The notes beneath the pieces were generated by a model. It was not told the origin of the DNA. It ran no database searches and saw only the letters and a program-made list of their open reading frames with translations. A DNA stretch of 64,000 nt from the human T2T-CHM13v2.0 reference genome, Homo sapiens: the NCBI GenBank assembly GCA_009914755.4, contig CP068257.2:25536001-25600000 (forward strand), in the 5' to 3' direction. Position numbers and translations under genes: made by a program. Of the stretch, positions 56,053 through 64,000 are shown piece by piece; position 1 is the stretch's first letter; the number at the start of each line of letters is the position of its first letter.

Positions 56053-57699
56053 CTGTGATTTGCAAAATGATATAAATAGGTAGATAACATTGTTAAATAG
56101 ATAAAGCCTTAGAAGACGAGAGGATACAAATTAATATTTATTATACCTGTGTTCACTACAACAATCCAGTTTGTGTTTTGCACTGTAAATCCCAAAATGT
56201 GTTATATTATTTTTGTCAACTAGCGTTGCCAACACAAAGCCAATATAAGTTGATTTTACAAGAGTATACATATAATATTTAACAGCTGGGTTTGAAAATA
56301 ATTCAGGTTTTAAAGTTGGAAGTATCTTCGCTTTTAGTAGGTAAAGAAATAAAAATCTGAGAGGAAGGATTAGGTGATGTAATTTCTTCTGTTTGATACT
56401 TAAATTCCATAAGAGTCTATATTTGAGAAATATAAAAATATTGCTGAGTAGCACTTTTCTGGGACTTTGAGAAGTGTGGGAGACAGAATGCACTTTACGA
56501 ACATTTTTTATGCCTTGTAAAAATAGCACTACATATATATGTGTTTAACTCTACATAGCAATGAACTTACTTTCTCTCTGCTTTTTATATTCCTTTATGG
56601 TTTACTACCTTAGGCATTAAATCAAGAATTTAATATGTTGAGGGGAAAGGGTTGCATATCAAAAGTTTCTTTCTTCAAGCAAATATGTGGTGGATTCCCA
56701 CATGTCTACTGAAATAAAACTAGGGAATAATATGTATGTGTATTACAATATTCTTTTCAAGACTTTGGCAGGAGAATTATTTAAGTATGTCATTCTATCT
56801 TGAAAGCCAACTATGGGTTTATGAGGGGGAGGGGAATACATCTATACATTAATTCTTGCAAGGTTAAGAAGTTTTGGGTTTGAGTCTCGTAACACTAATT
56901 AAAATTTTGTGGTTTTCAACAAGTGATGCATTACATTTGATTTATTCTGCATTGAAGAAGAAAGAATATCATCTCTCATCTCATCTAATGTTTATCAATC
57001 GGGTTAGCCATTCTAACATAGATTTGATGTTTTTAAGCATCTTAATGCATAGTTAATTGCAATTGGCAAATAACCTATAAATGCATTGTGCAATGGGCCT
57101 GCTGGTATGGGATGAGGTCAGCGTAATGCATGGCGAGAGGCAGCTTAGCTTTGTGGCTAAACACAGGTGTTCTGCATATCTGGGCTCCAATATCTGGGTT
57201 CAACTCCTAACTCCATCGAATACTAACCCTTTGATTTTGGGCATGTCACACAATTTCAGCTTCAATTATTTTCTGTAAAATGAGTATTATAATTGTATCT
57301 ACTTTATTCAGTTAATGTGAGGATCGAATGGGTGATTCAAGATGTTGATGCATATTCTCTAAAAAAAGGAATTCTCCACTCTTAATTGATATCAAAGGTA
57401 CGAAAAAATAAATAATTCTGCCAGTGCATAACCTCATCTAAATGATAGCTGCCTGAAAAATACCAGATAGAATCCTAAAATATAAATTTAGGATTATATT
57501 TTAAATAATGTATACAGTATCTCTTTAAAATGCTGCTTCTGCTCGGGGGTAACTTTCCAGATGCTGATAGGCAAGGGGTCTGGCTGTGGGGCACAGGCAC
57601 TTCAGCCTCCTCCCACAGCCTCTGAATGATGAGGCGCAGACACACCCAGCAGCATGCAAATGCCTTGCCATCTCTATAATCCTGCCCTCCATGTGGGGC

Positions 57700-58107
57700 A
57701 TCTTATTCTGTTCTGGTTGTCATAGTAAAATGCCACAAGGTGGGTAGCCTACTAATGACAGGACTTTATTTCTCACCATCGTGAAGCCTGGGAAGTCCAA
57801 GGTCCAGGCACAAGCAGATTCAGTGTCCAGTGAGAGGGACTTTCTGATTTATAAATGGTGCCTTCTTGCTGTGTCCTCACAAGAATGAAGAGAAAAGTAG
57901 CATTCTTGCACCTCTTTTAAGGGCACTAATCTCATTGCAAATCACCTAATCACCTCCCAAAGACCCCACTCCTAATATGGTCACCTTCCAAAGACCCCAC
58001 TCCTAACACTGTCACCTTCCAAAGACCCCACTCCTAATATCATCACATTGGGGAATAGATTTGAACATTCGGATTTTCGAAGGAACACAAATATTTAGAC
58101 CATAGCA
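57700..58107 (-). mobile_element. ERVL-MaLR solo LTR (MST/MLT-type) carrying an internal roughly 30-bp unit repeated 3 times (about 57950-58047)
   Basis: ...cctgggaagtccaaggtccagg...tgccttcttgctgtgtcctcacaagaatg...aagggcactaatctcattgcaaatcacctaatcacctcccaaagaccccactcctaatatggtcaccttccaaagaccccactcctaacactgtcaccttccaaagaccccactcctaatatcatcacattggggaatagatttgaacattc...gaacacaaatatttagaccatagca is the reverse complement of a MaLR LTR. The unit caccttccaaagaccccactcctaa(t/c)a(t/c)(g/t)gt is tripled. Confidence 0.6.
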
Positions 58108-60386
58108 TGAGATGCCCATGTTAGATTTGTAGCCAGACTAAGGCAGCAGGGATGCTGGAAAAGGGATTTCAGTGGAATCTAGGAGCAAGGTCGGGCAGCC
58201 AGCAGTCTTGAATCACCACCCCGCCACATCCCTGTGGCCTTCCACTTCTACAAAGGAGGGCTCTAACCTGGGATTCAGCCAACAGGCTTGGAATCTCTCC
58301 CTCTGACCTCATATTTTGAGTTAAAGGAGGTCTTCAATGTGAATGCAGCCCTGTAGATGGGGCAGTCTTGTGCAGAAGATAATCCGAATACTGTTATGTG
58401 ATATGTCTGACCAGAGCCTCATTATTTACTCAGAAAAATGGTTATGCTATTTGATACGGAAGAAGTGATTGATAGTGTAGTTGCTTTCGGTAAATAGGAA
58501 GGCTGCAGGTTGATGATTTCTTAGATACCCATGAGACTGGGTTCACTTCTATAGACATAGGACACACCATTTTATTGTCTAAAGAGCAAAGAAGTCCTAT
58601 TATATTGCTGATTTGGCTCATCCTGATTCAGAGCCTAGATGAGGCTGTACCTCCTTGAACTATGTTCATATTTCAGGCATCTGGGTAGATCTTAGTGAAA
58701 AGGCAGTGGCACATTTTCTTCTCTGATGACAACCTCCCCTCTTTTCAGCTCTTCCACCCCACTACTCTTGGTGAACCTACTTTTACGTGCATCAAAATCT
58801 TTAGTCGTCCAACCACTCCTCCTCTCCAATTCATTCTATTTGGCCTCCTGATGCAAAACCACTGTATTAATAAAGTTGCTCTAAGCCCTTTAAACTAATT
58901 TCATGACTTATTCTTCTACTATAACTTTCTTAGGTGTTCTTCTTGCCTCTTGCACTTAAGAAGCAGAAAATCATTAAAGACTGTGGTAAAAGTACTGACG
59001 TGCTTAAATAAAACAGTTCCAGCCCACCTGGTTTATTACTGTTCAGAGTCAAGTAAACTTCTCATTGTTGAGGGACTATCTTCAGCAAAAATTTCAAGTT
59101 TTTTCTGCCCTAAGCAATCCTTCTATAGCATCTGGGTCTGCTCAGCAACTTACAACTTTCTACAAATAAGATTAACAACAACAGAGGACTCCTTTCACCT
59201 CACTTGAGAATTTATCTGTATCTTCTTTGTGTCTCAGGGAAAGTAATGTCTCTTCTCTTCTCTTTACTTATCCTCCTAACTTGCCCTCTCCTACCTGCAC
59301 CAGTCATTCTGATCTTCCACACTTCTTCACTTTCTTCTCTTGATAAAGTTCATGCCCAGAGATTCTGTTCTACCTGATTTTCAGTAAGTCCATTTGATTT
59401 GACTATTCCTTTTTCCTGGGTTTTACTCTTACCTTATACATTATCAATTTTCCTTTCCAAATCATTTTGCTCTTTCTTCAAGATATGTGTACAATGATAC
59501 TGCCCTATCTTCCTTGAAAATAAAACAGTATTTCCAGCCATTATTGAAAATACAACTTCCCAGACCAGTTCCTGAAGGTGCAGATGACAATGGGTCTAGA
59601 ATGAGGCCTAAAAATATGTATTTCTAACAAGCTCCCCCCAGATGCTTCTATCAGTCTTTTTCCTCCTTCTTACTACAGTTTGGACCTGCTATTTTCTTGA
59701 TGCTACATCTCCTCTCTAACTATTGTCATATTTGCCTGCTGTGCTAAAATTTCTTGAAAAAGAGGTCTATTCTTGCTATATTTAATTTACCTTTCCCTTA
59801 AACCTACTCCAGTCAGACTTTCAGCTCCATCATGACACTGAAACTCTTTCTGTCAATATCAGCTGTGATTTCCGTGTCAATAAATCCTACGGCCCTTATT
59901 CATTTCTTAGCTTTTTTGACATATCATACACATGTAGATGTTACTCCTTCTCATTGAATACACTTTCTCTTCTTGTCTTTCAGAGTGCCACCGTATTGGT
60001 TTTTCTACTATCCACTGTTTGCCATTCTTGATCTGCTTAGTGCTTTCTCTATGTCTTTTTGATGTTTTAACATTGCAGAGTCCCAAGACTGCCCCTAAAC
60101 CTTTTGTCATCTCTATCTCTACTCATTCCTTTTGTAATGTTATCAAGTTTTGCAATTTTAAATATTATCTGTACTATGATGACTGCTAAGCTTATATCTC
60201 TGAAACAGCCTACTCTCCTGATCTTTGAATTCGTTATCTAACTCCCTGCTTAACATCCATCCTGAGTGCTTAATAGACATTGCAAAGCTAACATGTTCGA
60301 AAAGTAACTTTATGTTATTACCCTTGGTGCTCCCTCAGTATTTCCTATTTCAATAAATGACTATCTTCTTTTTCTAGCTATTTAAG

Positions 60387-60427
60387 CAAAAACAAACAAA
60401 CAAACAAAAACAAAAAAAAACAAAAAA
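60387..60427. repeat. (CAAA)n / A-rich simple repeat
   Basis: caaaaacaaacaaacaaacaaaaacaaaaaaaaacaaaaaa. Confidence 0.9.
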
Positions 60428-60702
60428 CTGGGGGTCATTTTTGGCTTCTCTTTTTCTCATATTTCTCATAGAATCCATCAGTATATGATTTTGGCTCTAT
60501 CTTCAAAATACATCCATAATTCAACCAATTCTCATCACCTTCACTTATTGCTATTATCCTGGTGCAAGTCACCATTGGCTATCTTCTGAATTTTTGTACT
60601 AGTTTCTTAACTGGTCTACCTATGTCCTCTCTTGTCTCAGTAAAATGCATTGTCTTCTCAACAGAGCAACGGGGAGATCTTTAAAAGAGGTGCAAGAATC
60701 TC

Positions 60703-60850
60703 GCGTTATGGTCTGAATATGTGTGTTCCCTTAAAAATCTGTATTTTGAAATCTAATCCCTGATGTGTTGGTATTAGGAGTGGGGTCTTTGGAAGGTGAT
60801 TAGGTGATTTGTAATGACATTAGTGCCCTTAAAAGAGGCATAAGAATTTT
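60703..60850 (+). mobile_element. ERVL-MaLR LTR 5' fragment (MST/MLT-type), in inverted orientation relative to the LTR at 57700-58107
   Basis: gttatggtctgaatatgtgtgttcccttaaaaatctgtattttgaaatctaatccctgatgtgttggtattaggagtggggtctttggaaggtgattaggtgatttgtaatgacattagtgcccttaaaagaggc resembles THE1/MLT tgatatggtttggctgtgtcc...aaatctcatcttgaattgtaa...cccacgtgttgtgggagggacccagtgggaggtaattgaatcatggggg... and mirrors the reverse complement of 57900-58030. Confidence 0.5.
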
Positions 60851-63800
60851 ACAAATCTTATCTTATATCTATATATTCTGTTCAGTATAGATCTGTTATA
60901 TATCTGAGATATATATGCCTGTGATTATATATGATATTATGGTATTATATATATATATCTCAGATCATCTCACTGTTCAAAACATGCCAATAGCCCCTAA
61001 TCTCAGTGTAAAAGCCACGTTCTTTACTACGGCCTCAAGATCCTGCATGACCCAGCTCCTCTTCACTTCTTTGATCTTACATCCTCTGACATTCCCCTCA
61101 CTTACTCTGCTGCAGCCACACTGGCTTTCTTCCTCATTACTTTTCTATCACACCAGACACACTGTTAGCCACAGGGCTTTTGCTGGTTTCCTCTGTCAGA
61201 TACAGTTTCTCTCCCCTCCTTGGAAATTTGGCTTAAAGGTAAGAGGCTGCTCTTGACACTCATTGAAACTTCCACCTGCCTTCCCCTTTTCTTTCTTTTC
61301 TACTTTTTGTACTCCATAGCACTTATTACCTTCCAATCTAATACCTATTTTACTTATGTACTTTGTTTCTTTTCTGGCATTTTGCACAAGAATCTCATCT
61401 CCATACAGCAGGGATTTTATATATTTTTCAAAGATGTAGACACAGTGTCTATAGTTGTACCTAGCACATAGCAGGTTTTTAATAAATTGTAGATGAATAA
61501 ATATCTTGCCTTTTACTTGGTTTTATTGCTGTTTGGTTATGTGTATTTTTTTCTTTTGGACCATAAACAGTGGTACCTGTGTCTAAACTTTTATAATTTC
61601 AAACCTCCCTAAACTGTACCTGGCATTTAACTAGATGTTCAATAAGCACTAATCAAATGAATAGAATAAATTTGCCTGTGAAGCACCATTCTACAACCAA
61701 ATTCAAAACAGAATTTAGATTCTATTATTGTTAGTGTGATACTTCAAATAGTTATCTATATTGAGTAAGTAAAAATTTGGCAAACATATATTACTTTAAA
61801 ATGAACAGTACATTAAATTTCAGTTCACTTTATGTGATTACAAAATTGGGCAGGCACACTTTAGAAATACTACTATAAAATCATGCTTATAAGAGAAAGG
61901 AAATTTTACATCCAATATACTAAATATTTTTAAGCATTTTGAAATAAAATAATGTATGAAATATAACAAAGTAGTTTTTCCATATAATTTAAAATAGTAT
62001 ATAAAATATAAAAATAGAAAACATATCTACTATAATTGAACATTAATTTTATAGGTTTAAGATTTCTGTTGACATAAGAATTATATATATGTACACACAG
62101 ATATTCACACACATGTTGTTTCTTGATATATATCTTTATTTCTAGTTATAGTGATAAATAAAACAGGAGAAGGTAAACCTCTTGTCCAAAATCTTTGATG
62201 GAATTTTTTGTCCTCCTAGTAGAATCCCTATGTGACTGATTATTTTTTCCCATTTTTAAAATGAAATACTTAATTTAACTAATAAGTCTGTGTAGATAAA
62301 TGCTAAAGGACGAACGCTATTACAGCACATCTTTGATATAACTAAATGTTTCGTTTGGTAGACCTTAGAAGACTAACCTTTCATCTTCAAGAAAGTTAAT
62401 TTCAACAACAATTGTATCTCCTATTTAAAACTTCTCTTCCATAGCTTATTTTTTTGTTAGTGAGATATGTCTTTTTCAGAGGAAGAAACTGGATTTATTT
62501 TATCATTGTAACAAAATATTTCTCACTCATCCAACCCGGGAGTCTGGAAGAGTGGGAGTCTACCCAATTTACTTACACCTTTGTTCATAGCTGAAATTTA
62601 CATTGGGTGGTCTTATTAATGTTCAAGAGTAGTGGCAAGGCCAAATCATAAACACATTGTGCTTATGTAAAACATCAGAACGTAACAGTAGGGTTTCCTA
62701 ATGTCCTAACTGCCATGGTGTGTGTTATATGTCTATAATAAATAGGAGCTTACTGTAAGATGCAGAAGATATGTTATAAATCCCTACAATATAAGTTGTT
62801 AAATTACTTCAAGTTCTTGCCATAGTTTATAAGAATCTAATAAAATTTGGGTGGCCTGCATTTCGTACTATGGCCATGTGCTTATAAATGACCCATATAG
62901 ACATAGATGTATTGGGAGATCCTGATCAAAGTGTTAACAGTGTACTTGACATCTCATCCTATCATACTTTTTTCACGATATGGGAATTATTTCTCCACCA
63001 TCGCTTATTCTTTTTTGCATGTATGGACATCGTGTAAGACTCAAAGAGCAATCAGTTAGTACTATTAATCGCTACATGGCCACTGCACCTCTTTAGAGGC
63101 CCTTTCCTGCATGTATCTGCTAGGTGATTTTTTGATTTTCTCTCTGTATTTATGCTTCTTCTTACTCTGGCAAGGATTTAGTTATATCAAGATGAAACAT
63201 ATTGTAGGGTTAACAACACAGACGCAGGGGTTCAACAGCCAGGGTTTGAATCCCAAATAGCTCTTTCATTTGTTAAGTGCATAATCTCAGGAAGTACAGA
63301 ACAGAGCAGGTGGGAAAAGCACACTGAGAGAATGGGGAGAAAGTTTGGGTCACTGTATGGCTATGAAGATTGTACCCCACTTAGCTTTGGGAAGGCAGCA
63401 CTATGATAAATATAATGTGAATGGTAAACTGGGAGTTGAACTTGTACCACTTCTGCATCCCACAGTTTATGGACTTCATACTCACCAATTGGTTTAAAAA
63501 GTGTTTGGGGTCATTCCTTACACATGCTCATAGGGATAAGAAAGGGAAGCCTTGTAAAATGAGATGACTTGCAACAAGAATGTTAAAACAGAATACTTCC
63601 GTCGTGGAAAAATAGGAGAGGGACTATGTAAATTTAATCCATATTGTTAGTTGTTAAAATTGCCTTGTCTCCTAAGAATTAGAGAGAAAGAAAAGCTTCA
63701 AAGAACAGCTGTGATGTTGGAAGTTTTTGTGGAAAAAAAAAAATTGGTGTTCTCAAATAGCTCATGTCTTTCTGAAACTCTATATGAGATTTATGAAAAA

Positions 63801-64000
63801 GATAAAGCATAAATTGGAGTTAGGTGGATTGAAAATACACTAGGAATTTCTGCCAAGTAAAGCAGTAAGGAAATTTCATAACCCCTCATTGTTCTGGCTT
63901 CATTCCCTTTAAATATATCAAAAAAACAATAGATAGCCTTCACTTTCAGAAGAAACTAACTTAGAGATAGATTGCTTTATTTGTTTGGAATGGCGGTAGT

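Noticed and set aside
56131-56529. 132-aa minus-strand ORF
   Set aside because: It lies in AT-rich non-conserved-looking sequence. The translation is low-complexity (Leu/Lys/Ile/Phe-rich) with no recognisable domain. At this AT content an ORF of this size is expected by chance in 64 kb.

Overview
The window is primate nuclear genomic DNA, almost certainly human or great-ape, not a prokaryotic or viral locus. It is AT-rich and CpG-depleted and is densely covered by primate and mammalian interspersed repeats. I recognise 13 Alu elements, one of which is a near-consensus AluY with a perfect target-site duplication and a long pure A-tail. There are several LINE-1 blocks: L1PA/L1PB-type 3' ends and older L1M ORF2-derived pieces, some interrupted by later Alu insertions. 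At least seven ERVL-MaLR solo LTRs (THE1/MST/MLT1-type) are present, one of them split by an L1PA insertion. I also see several MIR fragments, one MADE1 mariner-derived MITE, many microsatellites and homopolymer tracts, and several local tandem or segmental duplications. I could not support any protein-coding exon, rRNA, tRNA, CpG island, CRISPR array or promoter or terminator from sequence alone. The six-frame ORFs are at most 161 aa, usually lie inside repeats or low-complexity DNA, and are treated as noise. The window looks like a gene-poor intergenic or deep-intronic region, and I find no evidence for a novel biological system. The most checkable observations are a candidate polymorphic young AluY, nested transposon chronology, closely spaced inverted Alu pairs, an STR cluster flanked by a 119-bp direct repeat, and several small local duplications. 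The inventory of ancient repeats (L2, DNA transposons, older LTRs) is certainly incomplete without RepeatMasker.
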